IMG/VR virus record: IMGVR_UViG_3300044535_001920
Location: 603-64,602 of that record
Reading direction: 5' to 3' (one strand)
Origin: a virus
Lineage: Duplodnaviria > Caudoviricetes
Length of the DNA: 64,000 bases
Shown piece after piece: positions 8,893 through 18,306 of this stretch. The position numbers were made by a program, and so were the translations under genes. Below the pieces are notes generated by a model that saw only the letters and a program-made list of their open reading frames with translations, had not been told where the DNA came from and searched no databases. Positions within the stretch are counted from its first letter, which is position 1. Every line of letters begins with the position of its first letter.

Positions 8893-9975
8893 TCATTTAT
8901 AACAAATGCAAACCATTCCTGCTCTTCCCATATCTCCACAACCTCCATAGTTATTGCTCTTGGATATATTTGGTGCTCCACCTGCTCCGGGAATTTGAAG
9001 GTATCCACAACAAGCACTAAAACAAACTCCACGGCACTGCCCACTGTAAGAAAAACAACATTGGGATGTTGATTCAAAACCATAAATTGGTGGATGTATA
9101 AAATATCCGTTTGCAGCAGTATCCCAACATGCTCTATTCCATATCCCCCTAATTCCATAAACTAATGCATTAGATGTAGTTGCACCAAAATAACTTGCTC
9201 CTGGAACATAAGGTATCTCACCGCAACTAGCACAAGATCCTACAGAACAAAAATGACTTCCACCATTACACATAGTCCAACCAGCATAATTTGAAGCAAC
9301 TTGTGCCATTCTTCTTGGGTTTCTTCTTCCGTAAGATATTGACCAAATTCCCATTCTTCCTTGCCCACCATTAGCACAGAAATTTATTAATCCAGTTCCT
9401 TGTACGTATGAAGGGCATCCTGGAAATCTATTAGCAGCAAATCTACAAGGGTAACAAGCAAGAGCACATCCAGAACAAATTGTATAAGTTTGTCCTGCAG
9501 TAACTGGAATAATTACTGACGCATATGCTCCTGTTGAACCAAATGGATTAGAAGAGCAACAAGCACCACCACTGCCCCCACCACCAGCACCCCAAAGTTG
9601 GAATCTGGCACAAGTTACACCAGCAGGAACTGTCCAAGAACAAGATCTACCATAATTAAATTGTGCGTTTCCTGCACATCTACAAACTTTAAAACCAGCA
9701 GTCCATCCAGAACCAGTAGGAATGCAAGCCCAAAGAGCAGTTTGTGCAGGGTTTCTAAGTAACGATGGTTCTATTGTAGAAGTCCAGCAAGATGCTTCTG
9801 GACCTATTGCAGCAGCAGTTGATTGTAATGCTGATACTTGTGAGCACAATGTACTCAAGCAAGTATTGCTATTGGATAAGCAAGTTGATCTAATTGGCAC
9901 ACAAGCAGTTTTTTCTATGCATTGTGTTATTAAATATGCTTCTGCATTTGTTGCACTATATCTTAATACATCCAT
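8893..9975 (-). CDS. Cys-rich, Gly-rich virion/fibre-tip-like protein (paralog 2)
   Basis: 33 Cys in 360 aa by manual count; WTVPAGVTCARFQLWGAGGGG, GAYAS and PGAGG...GRAGMV motifs of the phage Gly-rich domain. Confidence 0.6.
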   Translation of the reverse strand: MDVLRYSATNAEAYLITQCIEKTACVPIRSTCLSNSNTCLSTLCSQVSALQSTAAAIGPEASCWTSTIEPSLLRNPAQTALWACIPTGSGWTAGFKVCRCAGNAQFNYGRSCSWTVPAGVTCARFQLWGAGGGGSGGACCSSNPFGSTGAYASVIIPVTAGQTYTICSGCALACYPCRFAANRFPGCPSYVQGTGLINFCANGGQGRMGIWSISYGRRNPRRMAQVASNYAGWTMCNGGSHFCSVGSCASCGEIPYVPGASYFGATTSNALVYGIRGIWNRACWDTAANGYFIHPPIYGFESTSQCCFSYSGQCRGVCFSACCGYLQIPGAGGAPNISKSNNYGGCGDMGRAGMVCICYK

Positions 9976-9980
9976 TTTAA

Positions 9981-10622
9981 TTAACCCTCATGTCCCGGAA
10001 TTTTTGAAAATTCTACAGCAATATCTAAAGGTATTTTTGGAACATCTCTTGAAGGTATATTTAAATACTTCCAGGGCATTACTAGTTGAGGATTATCAAT
10101 AATATTGTCTAATTTTGAAAGATATTCATTTATTTTTAAATCAATATCATTACCGAAATCATATTGATTATAGTATTTTAAAATATATTCCTTTCTCTCT
10201 TTTGCAATGGGTACTGCTGGATCAAATAATTCTCTAAGTATCTGTTTTAATTCCCACTCGCCTGTATCAAAATTATAAAATAGTTCATATATATCAGTTA
10301 AATCCGGATTTAATGGATTTTTATAGATATCACCATTTTCCATCTCAATATCTTCAAATTCATATTCAATAGTAGGATTATCTAAAAAATAATGATTTAA
10401 CAAATATGCAGCAGCAGGATCTTTTTCTGGATCAATTCGTTTTATTAAATTTGGATCCATATCATCAGTGATCCTTGGTTCAATATAACGAATTGCACCA
10501 GAATGCTCTAGGAATACCGTTATTAATTCTGGACCATCATATTTAAAAGTTCCTTGTATTTTTCCGGAAACTCCCTCCACATACAATTCATCTGGTATGG
10601 GATAGGTAAACTCCTTTATCAT
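9981..10622 (-). CDS. Hypothetical acidic protein, possible fibre assembly chaperone
   Basis: Cys-free acidic ORF between the two Cys-rich paralogs; C-terminus (YLSKLDNI..PWKY...PKIP) resembles tail-fibre assembly proteins; has its own late promoter. Confidence 0.45.
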   Translation of the reverse strand: MIKEFTYPIPDELYVEGVSGKIQGTFKYDGPELITVFLEHSGAIRYIEPRITDDMDPNLIKRIDPEKDPAAAYLLNHYFLDNPTIEYEFEDIEMENGDIYKNPLNPDLTDIYELFYNFDTGEWELKQILRELFDPAVPIAKERKEYILKYYNQYDFGNDIDLKINEYLSKLDNIIDNPQLVMPWKYLNIPSRDVPKIPLDIAVEFSKIPGHEG

Positions 10623-10643
10623 TTTTTTCTGTCTATTTTTGAT

Positions 10644-10651
10644 TATTTATA
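10644..10651 (-). promoter_or_regulatory. T4-type late promoter TATAAATA
   Basis: Exact consensus ~22 nt upstream of the start at 10622. Confidence 0.75.
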
Positions 10652-10671
10652 AAATTTATTGAGTATTTTGA

Positions 10672-11730
10672 TTATTTGTATGAAACACAAACCATTCCCA
10701 TTCTTCCTGCATCTCCAGCACAGTTTAATGCACCACCGCACTTAAATCCTGCCCAACCACCTGCACCTGGTATCTGCATAAATCCATTTACAGCAGCTCT
10801 TGAACAACCTTGAATGTCATTGGTGGCCAAACAACAGGTGCAGCAAGAATTTGATGGGAAACCATAAATTGGAGGATGTCCTACGCAAATACCACCACTA
10901 CTATTTACACCCATCAATCCAAATGAACCTCTTATTCCATATACTGTTCCTCCTGTCGCAGTTCCAAAAAATGTTTTACATGAAGAAATCATTGGCATTA
11001 TATTATCACCGCAGGAATTAACTAAAGCATTATAGTTCCAACAAAAATCTGATCCAGCATTACACAAACATCCAAACATTACGCAGTAACCACAAGTTGC
11101 ACCAATTATACCTCTAGTAATTGCTTCACAGAACATACTACCTTCACCACCTTCTGCACAGAAATTATTTAAATTGCATCCGGTTGCACAAGATGGACAT
11201 CCATCAGCATCATTTTGTGCTCTACAAGCATAACAACAGTTGGCACATCCAGCACAAAGGTTGTACGTCCATCCTGCAGATACTGGTATTATAACTGATG
11301 CATATGCACCTGTTCCTCCAATAGATGATCCACCACAGCAGCAACCAGAACCTGTCCCAGCACCTGCACCCCAAAGTTGGAATCTGGCACAAGTTACACC
11401 AGGAGGAACTATCCATGTGCAGGAGGAACCGCATCTAAAGTTTCCAGAAGTGTCGCACACTTTAAAACCAGCAGTCCATCCAGTTCCTTCTGGTATTAAA
11501 CACCATACATGTGCTTGATTTGGTCCCGCATTTGCGACTAAACCTACAGCATTTGCTGCAATTTGTGATTCCGCACAAGAACAGCAAGCAAGTTGTGTAG
11601 TAATAGAACCTTGAACAGCAGTTATAGATGAATTAAGATTATTAATACAAGTTTCTAATCCAGCAACTGCAGTTCTTGTTGGCTTAATATTTGCATTTAA
11701 TGCATTATATGCTAAAACATCTATTGTCAT
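10672..11730 (-). CDS. Cys-rich, Gly-rich virion/fibre-tip-like protein (paralog 1)
   Basis: 38 Cys in 352 aa by manual count; same motif series as 8893..9975; N-terminal coiled-coil-like segment. Confidence 0.6.
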   Translation of the reverse strand: MTIDVLAYNALNANIKPTRTAVAGLETCINNLNSSITAVQGSITTQLACCSCAESQIAANAVGLVANAGPNQAHVWCLIPEGTGWTAGFKVCDTSGNFRCGSSCTWIVPPGVTCARFQLWGAGAGTGSGCCCGGSSIGGTGAYASVIIPVSAGWTYNLCAGCANCCYACRAQNDADGCPSCATGCNLNNFCAEGGEGSMFCEAITRGIIGATCGYCVMFGCLCNAGSDFCWNYNALVNSCGDNIMPMISSCKTFFGTATGGTVYGIRGSFGLMGVNSSGGICVGHPPIYGFPSNSCCTCCLATNDIQGCSRAAVNGFMQIPGAGGWAGFKCGGALNCAGDAGRMGMVCVSYK

Positions 11731-11732
11731 TT

Positions 11733-12005
11733 TTATGCCCTCGTGACTGAAGTTACATCACCGGCAGCATCGTAGGTGATTGTTATTGTGTAAGAAGAAG
11801 ATCCTATAGTTTCAACATAACCAGTAATTTTATTTTCAACATCATATGTAATACTTGACAATCTCTTATCCCCATAAGTAACAGAAGTTACTCTCCCATT
11901 ACCATCTAATGTCATATCAGTAGAACGAGTGTATGGTCTTGTTCTAAAATTATATGCTTCTTCGTCGGGATTTCTATATGGAATATTTCCAATATATCTT
12001 GCCAT
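11733..12005 (-). CDS. Small YD-repeat-like protein
   Basis: TYGD, TYDVENKIT and TYDAAGDVTSV beta-hairpin repeats. Confidence 0.5.
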   Translation of the reverse strand: MARYIGNIPYRNPDEEAYNFRTRPYTRSTDMTLDGNGRVTSVTYGDKRLSSITYDVENKITGYVETIGSSSYTITITYDAAGDVTSVTRA

Positions 12006-12018
12006 TTAAGTTTCCTCC

Positions 12019-12339
12019 TTACACGGTGGATTGCTCAATTCCATATAACGAAACTGAAGTATTGGCATTACTTGCAAATACTACAACTAATTTACCAGCC
12101 TGAAGTGAAAGACCTGTTCTTTCTAAAACACCAAGTGGTGGTATAGTAGTATCAAATTCAATATATTCACTATTTTGTGGGGTTGCTGCTGCTGCTAAGG
12201 CAATACGAACCGTAACAGCAGTAGCACCCCTATTAACCATACTGATATTTGCTACAGTATGTGTATTTGCAGGTACAGTGTAAATAGTTGTGTTAGTTGA
12301 TGACAATGGGGCAAATTGTCCTAAAATTCCAGAAGGCAT
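12019..12339 (-). CDS. Small putative virion structural protein (beta-sandwich)
   Basis: TIYTVPA..NRG..VRIAL..YIEFD..LERTGL pattern common next to phage fibre genes; late promoter upstream. Confidence 0.55.
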   Translation of the reverse strand: MPSGILGQFAPLSSTNTTIYTVPANTHTVANISMVNRGATAVTVRIALAAAATPQNSEYIEFDTTIPPLGVLERTGLSLQAGKLVVVFASNANTSVSLYGIEQSTV

Positions 12340-12371
12340 ATTTATTCATCAATTAAAGTTTTCCTTATTTT

Positions 12372-12379
12372 TATTTATA
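12372..12379 (-). promoter_or_regulatory. T4-type late promoter TATAAATA
   Basis: Exact consensus ~33 nt upstream of the start at 12339. Confidence 0.75.
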
Positions 12380-12383
12380 ACAA

Positions 12384-15300
12384 TTACGAAATACCCATAA
12401 AGTATGAGAATGTCCTTGTTCTATCAATACTATCAGTAAGTTGTTTAGATGTAATTCCATCAAGAAAATCAGCATTCAAGTTTGTAACAACAGTAGAAGA
12501 ACCAACTGAAATTGGAGCAGTTCCTTGAGCAACGTTAGATACAAATCTAGTTGCAGTGACAACACCACTAACTGGAATACCATTATTGAAGGTAACATTA
12601 CCAGTAAAAATTGGATTAGTAGTTTGATTAAATGCACTTCCATTACCAATAAGAATTGCACCTATTGAAGGAAGACCCGTTAATCCAGTTCCACCCTTAG
12701 TGATTGGAACGGCAGCAGATAAGTTAGAAGGATCAATATAATATGCTGGGGTTTGTCCACCAAGGGTTGCTGCATCAACATCACCTGTGGTTGAATTCTT
12801 TATGCTTACTGCACCATCAGCACCAATTGAGAATGTTGACGATTTAAATTTAGCAATTCCGAGAGTTGAGAATAAATCAACGGAAGATGCAACACGATTC
12901 AGTTGAATATTAATATTTCCATAATATGTGGTAACACCAACTCCTCCTGGTGGAGAATCAAAGGATGTTGCGGTTACTGTCATTGGTTGTGTTGTTCCAA
13001 TACCAACACTCTTAACAACTTTTAGATATGCAGAGTTTCCTGCCAAGAAAGTATCTTGTGATGCAGATCCAGAACCTAATCTAGTTGGAGAAATTGTTCC
13101 GGAAATAATATTTGCAGCATCAATATCAGATTTAGCAAGCAAGGACCAATTTTCTTCCAATGCAGATGAAGTATTAACTGTTTCAGAATATCTTACATTT
13201 TGCTTTGTAAGTGTAAGTGTTGTTCCAACTCCTTCGGAAGTAATTCCTACGGGATTTAGAGTAATTCCATTTGCCGATTGTGTCGCATCAGATTGTGTTG
13301 TGTGGAATGTAAATGAATTTGTAGTTGCTGAACCAACATAGTAGAAATTGTTAGTTGTTATTCCTGTTGGTGTTGATCCAGATACTCTAACAACATCTCC
13401 TGTAAGGAGTCCGTGATTTACAAATATTAAAGTATCTTTACTTTCATTGATTGGGAATCTATCAAATCTGTGAGTTCCACTTCCACTTGATGTCAATGAA
13501 ATTGGAGATGATACAGCATAAGTATTATGAAACTCAACAGAACTCAGTCCAACTCTCTTAATATAGTAAGTGTTTCCATCTATTAGTCCACCAATTGTAT
13601 TCCCACCATTACTATTATAAATAACTGGATCTCCATTCGAGAATCCTGTTTGACTTACGACAATTCTATTATTGAAGAAGTCAACACTACCACCAGTATT
13701 AATATCTGTTGGATCAAATGTTCTTCCAATTCCAACTGTTATATTTGTAGAGATTCCAACTGCATCCCTATCTTGAATATAATCGGGAAGTATAGTGGTT
13801 CCTGGGAACTTTTGGTTATTTGTAAGTTTTAAATAAAGACGAGTTTCTACATCAGAAACAGTAATAGAGAAGTTTGCACCACCAGACCTTCCACCAATAG
13901 AAGAAGGATTTGCAGTCAATAAGTTTCCAACGGCATAATATCTACCACCAGTGTTGATAGCAACATTAGAAACTGTACCAGCAGCACTAACTGTAATTGT
14001 TGCAGTTGCACTAGTTCCAATTCCAGTAGTTGAAGTGAGTGTAACTCCAGTATAAATTCCAGCTGCCAAATAACCAGAACCACCAGTTAAAGTACTGAAC
14101 TGGGTAAGAACACCTTTAACTAAACCAGTAGTTCCATATGCAACAGAAGTTGGAGCAGTAACAATACCAATAGAAGATGCCTGGGATAATGAACTATTTA
14201 CAATATCGCCGTTCAGGAAATTATAATTTCTTGTATCACTATCAAGAATCAAATATTCTTGAACAGTATCTTGAACAAGTACATATGAATTTTCTGGTTC
14301 TGCAACAGTATCACCTTGTCTAATATTTCTTGCTGGAATAAAATTAACTAAGGATGTTTTTCCTCCTATTGTAGTTACCGTAATAAAGTTTACAACTTTT
14401 GGTGGAATTAGATCAGCATTAATTTGACCAGATGAATTCAGTTTAACAATAGCATTTGGAATTGCGCTTGTACTTACATTTTGGTCAATAAAATCACCAA
14501 GTCTGTTATTTAAAAATGTTCTAACTGCAAGCTGTGTAGAAACCCTTCTATTTTGTGGTCCCCCAATCTCTGTCTCGCCTAAATTAGTGTCTATTGAGAA
14601 TTCTTCGATGGCAATACCACCAGAAAGACTCAATCTCAATGAATCTAATTGTCCAATAGTTACCTTATTGTTAAAGATAATATTACCAGTTCTGTTATAT
14701 GCTACAATAAAATTACCAATCTTAAAGTCACCTAATTCATTAGTTCCAGAACTATAAACTCTTCCACCTTGCTCAAATACTTGCTCAGTTTCTGGCCTTG
14801 TTTTTCCTCCATTTTGAGGCAAAGCATTATAATCGGTTCCAGAACCAGAATATTCCCAAGTATGTGATGAAGAGTTAATAATTGATGGTCTATGGAAATG
14901 TAATTTATATGTTTCGGGCAAATCTCCAATATTTGGGATAACATTTCCTGGAATTGTTGAGTCTACTTTTGTTGTAACTGTATAATAAGTTGTAATCCCA
15001 GAAACAGAAGTAACCGCAATAGAAACAGGAGAAGCATTATGGTCTTGAATTGCACTTCCAGATGCAGAGAATAAATTTCTTACCCCTGATACTTCTTCAT
15101 TGGAAACAATTAGTGTTCTTGTTTGTGGTATGTAAGTTAGTGCAATACCAACTGCTTGTCCACCAGTAATAGATTGTGTGACCTGTCTTCCGGAAACAAA
15201 TTTTAATGATGCAGTAGTTGAACCAAGTCCAACTGCTTGATATGAGTTATGAGCACCAATGATTTCAAAGGCAAAGAAATCTTGATTGTTTTTGGTGAAT

Positions 15301-18242
15301 GTATTAATTCCAACAAAAGTTGATCCAAGAGAAACCAATCTTGTTAAACTATCATCTTCATATAACTTAAACTCACTGCTATCAATATATAAAACATAAT
15401 ATTGGTTTCCACTTACTAGTCCATCTATTACTTGTTTTGGACTTGCATCTTCATTTCCAACATATACAATACTTTCTCCATTTATGAATGGATGACCAGG
15501 AATATTAAATGTAGATGTTGCAGTGTTTACTGATTCCGAAACATTAAATTCTTCAGTTGTTACAAGTGGTTTGAAATTTAATGTTACGTCATTATTATTA
15601 TTATCAAAAAATCTTAAAACATAAAGATCTTGATCTGATCTTCCAAGTCCAACTGTTTTGAGTGTTTGAAGTCCTCCAGAAATTCCAGTTTCTGCAATTC
15701 TTCCTCTATCAAATGCAAATGAATTTGGACTAAATCCAGTGGATCTGAGAGCATATAATCCAAAGTTAGTTGCCGAGTTCGTAATTGACAAATAACCACC
15801 AGATTGGGTTAATGAACCATAACGACAGAAGATTTGGAAACAAGAAACTACCTGTGCATATCCATCATTGATAGTTCTCCAACCAATTCCCCCGAAGGAA
15901 ACCATTGTAAATGCATTAGCAACCATTGATTTACCAAATGTTGGCACATCCCCTTCTGGTGGCTTTTCTGCTTCTTCAGGAATTGCTGGAATATTATTAT
16001 CCTGAATCTTAGAACCATCAACTAAAATACCATTTCCTCCCAAGAAAGAAAGAATAGAGCAATTTTGGATGTATGGTGATTGTGTAACTTTTGCCTTTCC
16101 TAATCTGGCAGTTCCACCACCATCATAGAAATGCTGAACCGTTGTAATTCCTGCTTTAATTGTGAACTCAACTGGAGATCTGACAGAAATAACATCAAAA
16201 TCAACTTGTCCACTTGCATTTGCTTCAGGGTAGAAGAAAGTTGTTATTCCAGAATCATAGGAACAAGTAAATCCAAGTCCAGATAGTCTTACAACTTGTC
16301 CTTTAATTAATTGATGTTCCCCGTCTACAGTAATTGTAGTAATACCTGTCGTATTATTATAAAATGCAGAAACTACATTTAAGACACTTCCTGCATAACC
16401 AACTCTTGGAGTTAATGTATCAAATGGATCATCAAATGCAACAGCATAATTAAATGTATGTTGAGGAATTCCATCAACAACATAATCTTTCATTGCTATA
16501 TTTGCAATATAGCAGCCATTTCTTACACGGAATAAGTCCTCTCCTGCATTTAATGGCCTTATAACAGTATTTCTTAAAGAATCACCGACAACAGAAATTC
16601 CATCAGCAACAATTATCGGATTGTCCTCTATATAATCTCCACCTTCTACAAAAACTGTAACTGCATCTAATGTTTGTGGATCTGGATATGTTTTTGATGG
16701 GGCAAATCCAACACCACCAGAAATAACAGTTGTTACAATACCAACATAAGAACCAATTGCTGACCAAACATTAGCACACGAGAATAAATCATAATCTTCT
16801 CTGTTTATAGAAGAATCGTATGCTAGATTTAGGTCATATTGTTGAGAAACTACACCCTGGTATGTTGTTGGAACAGCAATGTTGTTTATAATATATCTTG
16901 AAACTGTTATAATATATTGGAATGCATTTACTGTTTCAGTAACTTCTCCGGCAACGGCATTTACTGCACCATTCCAATATGAAAGTGCAGCATCTACAGT
17001 TTTTGAGTTTCCTCCATATTTAAGATCGTGGACTATTGCATCAACAATATATCCAACATCTCTTGCACAAGTTGTTGAATCATAGTCTGGGTTGGATTCT
17101 ATGTTGGTAGTTGCTTCAATATATGCAACAACCTCTGCCTTAATAAAATCTTTATTTAATTTTAATAAATTTGCACCATCAATAAATCTTCCTGCAGTAT
17201 TATTTCTTAATCTTTGTGATGCAAGTTGAAGACCTTTTTTAATGGTTTTTACTGGAAGTATTCTTCCATCATTTGCATCATCACCATCTATATCAGATAC
17301 TCTGATTCTAGATTGAGCTCCTCCTCCTCCTCCTGCTCCAAAGGTAAGATTCCCTGCCCCATCCGTTGTAATTACCTGTCCCTTTTGTCCATCAGTAATT
17401 GGATAATTCAATCCACTGATGATTGCTGACTCTAATGTAGAAATTCCAGCAACATTAAGGGCACTTAAAATTCCTGTTTTTCCTTCAATTCCTTTACTTA
17501 CAAATAAATCAGAACTAAATCCAACAAACCCATCAACACCTAAACTTTGACCAATACTAACACTTCTTACAACATTTAGTCCATCATTTAATTGTGCAAA
17601 TTGTTCTACATCAAGAGTCCCTCCGATTTCTGTATTTGATGCAACACTGAGAGTGTAACCAATTGCAACAGAACCACCAATTGTTGTATCTGAACCAATT
17701 CCTGTAGTTGATGCTATGGAAACCGAACCACCAATTTCTGTAGTCCCACCAATACTAACATTTTCACCAATATCAGCATTTCCACCAATATCTACATTAT
17801 ATCCTACTGTTAAATCATAACCAATTGTTGTTCCCCCACCTACAGTTAAATCTGAGCCAATTCCTACAGTATTAGAAACAGTAAGATCTGAAGATAATCC
17901 AACAAATCCAGTAACAGTTAGATCTTCCCCTATTCCTAAATTTTTTCCAATAGTGACATTGGAAGATAAACCAACAGTACTAGAAACTGATAATGTATTT
18001 TCAAGTTGAACAAAACCTGAAACTAATAATTGTTGATTAATTAGAACAGATCCGTTTATTGTCCCCCCAATGGAATTTGAAAAATCTCTTTTTAATAATT
18101 CAGCACCACGAGGAGTAAATCCATCATGGACATGAACTGAGTTATTTGTAGTATTTACTGTAAGTTCTCCAGAGGCTCCAGTAAAGGTTGAGTGCTCTGC
18201 ATCTGTTCCTCTTCTGAACTGTACTCTTTTAGTATTTGCCAT
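12384..18242 (-). CDS. Large tail fibre/spike protein (Mtd_N-like N-terminus, beta-repeats, beta-helix, CARD helical insert)
   Basis: QFRRGT..FTGASGELTV..VHDG N-terminus; ~12-aa GSDLTVGGGTTI repeats; GDDANDG..KTIKKG start of a beta-helix; LNADFLDG near the C-terminus. Confidence 0.75.
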   Translation of the reverse strand: MANTKRVQFRRGTDAEHSTFTGASGELTVNTTNNSVHVHDGFTPRGAELLKRDFSNSIGGTINGSVLINQQLLVSGFVQLENTLSVSSTVGLSSNVTIGKNLGIGEDLTVTGFVGLSSDLTVSNTVGIGSDLTVGGGTTIGYDLTVGYNVDIGGNADIGENVSIGGTTEIGGSVSIASTTGIGSDTTIGGSVAIGYTLSVASNTEIGGTLDVEQFAQLNDGLNVVRSVSIGQSLGVDGFVGFSSDLFVSKGIEGKTGILSALNVAGISTLESAIISGLNYPITDGQKGQVITTDGAGNLTFGAGGGGGAQSRIRVSDIDGDDANDGRILPVKTIKKGLQLASQRLRNNTAGRFIDGANLLKLNKDFIKAEVVAYIEATTNIESNPDYDSTTCARDVGYIVDAIVHDLKYGGNSKTVDAALSYWNGAVNAVAGEVTETVNAFQYIITVSRYIINNIAVPTTYQGVVSQQYDLNLAYDSSINREDYDLFSCANVWSAIGSYVGIVTTVISGGVGFAPSKTYPDPQTLDAVTVFVEGGDYIEDNPIIVADGISVVGDSLRNTVIRPLNAGEDLFRVRNGCYIANIAMKDYVVDGIPQHTFNYAVAFDDPFDTLTPRVGYAGSVLNVVSAFYNNTTGITTITVDGEHQLIKGQVVRLSGLGFTCSYDSGITTFFYPEANASGQVDFDVISVRSPVEFTIKAGITTVQHFYDGGGTARLGKAKVTQSPYIQNCSILSFLGGNGILVDGSKIQDNNIPAIPEEAEKPPEGDVPTFGKSMVANAFTMVSFGGIGWRTINDGYAQVVSCFQIFCRYGSLTQSGGYLSITNSATNFGLYALRSTGFSPNSFAFDRGRIAETGISGGLQTLKTVGLGRSDQDLYVLRFFDNNNNDVTLNFKPLVTTEEFNVSESVNTATSTFNIPGHPFINGESIVYVGNEDASPKQVIDGLVSGNQYYVLYIDSSEFKLYEDDSLTRLVSLGSTFVGINTFTKNNQDFFAFEIIGAHNSYQAVGLGSTTASLKFVSGRQVTQSITGGQAVGIALTYIPQTRTLIVSNEEVSGVRNLFSASGSAIQDHNASPVSIAVTSVSGITTYYTVTTKVDSTIPGNVIPNIGDLPETYKLHFHRPSIINSSSHTWEYSGSGTDYNALPQNGGKTRPETEQVFEQGGRVYSSGTNELGDFKIGNFIVAYNRTGNIIFNNKVTIGQLDSLRLSLSGGIAIEEFSIDTNLGETEIGGPQNRRVSTQLAVRTFLNNRLGDFIDQNVSTSAIPNAIVKLNSSGQINADLIPPKVVNFITVTTIGGKTSLVNFIPARNIRQGDTVAEPENSYVLVQDTVQEYLILDSDTRNYNFLNGDIVNSSLSQASSIGIVTAPTSVAYGTTGLVKGVLTQFSTLTGGSGYLAAGIYTGVTLTSTTGIGTSATATITVSAAGTVSNVAINTGGRYYAVGNLLTANPSSIGGRSGGANFSITVSDVETRLYLKLTNNQKFPGTTILPDYIQDRDAVGISTNITVGIGRTFDPTDINTGGSVDFFNNRIVVSQTGFSNGDPVIYNSNGGNTIGGLIDGNTYYIKRVGLSSVEFHNTYAVSSPISLTSSGSGTHRFDRFPINESKDTLIFVNHGLLTGDVVRVSGSTPTGITTNNFYYVGSATTNSFTFHTTQSDATQSANGITLNPVGITSEGVGTTLTLTKQNVRYSETVNTSSALEENWSLLAKSDIDAANIISGTISPTRLGSGSASQDTFLAGNSAYLKVVKSVGIGTTQPMTVTATSFDSPPGGVGVTTYYGNINIQLNRVASSVDLFSTLGIAKFKSSTFSIGADGAVSIKNSTTGDVDAATLGGQTPAYYIDPSNLSAAVPITKGGTGLTGLPSIGAILIGNGSAFNQTTNPIFTGNVTFNNGIPVSGVVTATRFVSNVAQGTAPISVGSSTVVTNLNADFLDGITSKQLTDSIDRTRTFSYFMGIS

Positions 18243-18306
18243 TTATCAGCAGACATGGTATTTTTCTATATTTTTATTTATCATTTATTTTAAATGCGAT
18301 TTTTAA

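Noticed and set aside
8893-11730. Selenocysteine or stop-codon recoding in the Cys-rich genes
   Set aside because: Both ORFs are uninterrupted in the standard code and end at equivalent YK-stop positions; TGA and TAG act as normal stops elsewhere.
8893-18242. Diversity-generating retroelement (Mtd_N-like fibre start, paralogous tips)
   Set aside because: No reverse transcriptase in the window and no template/variable repeat pair differing only at adenines.
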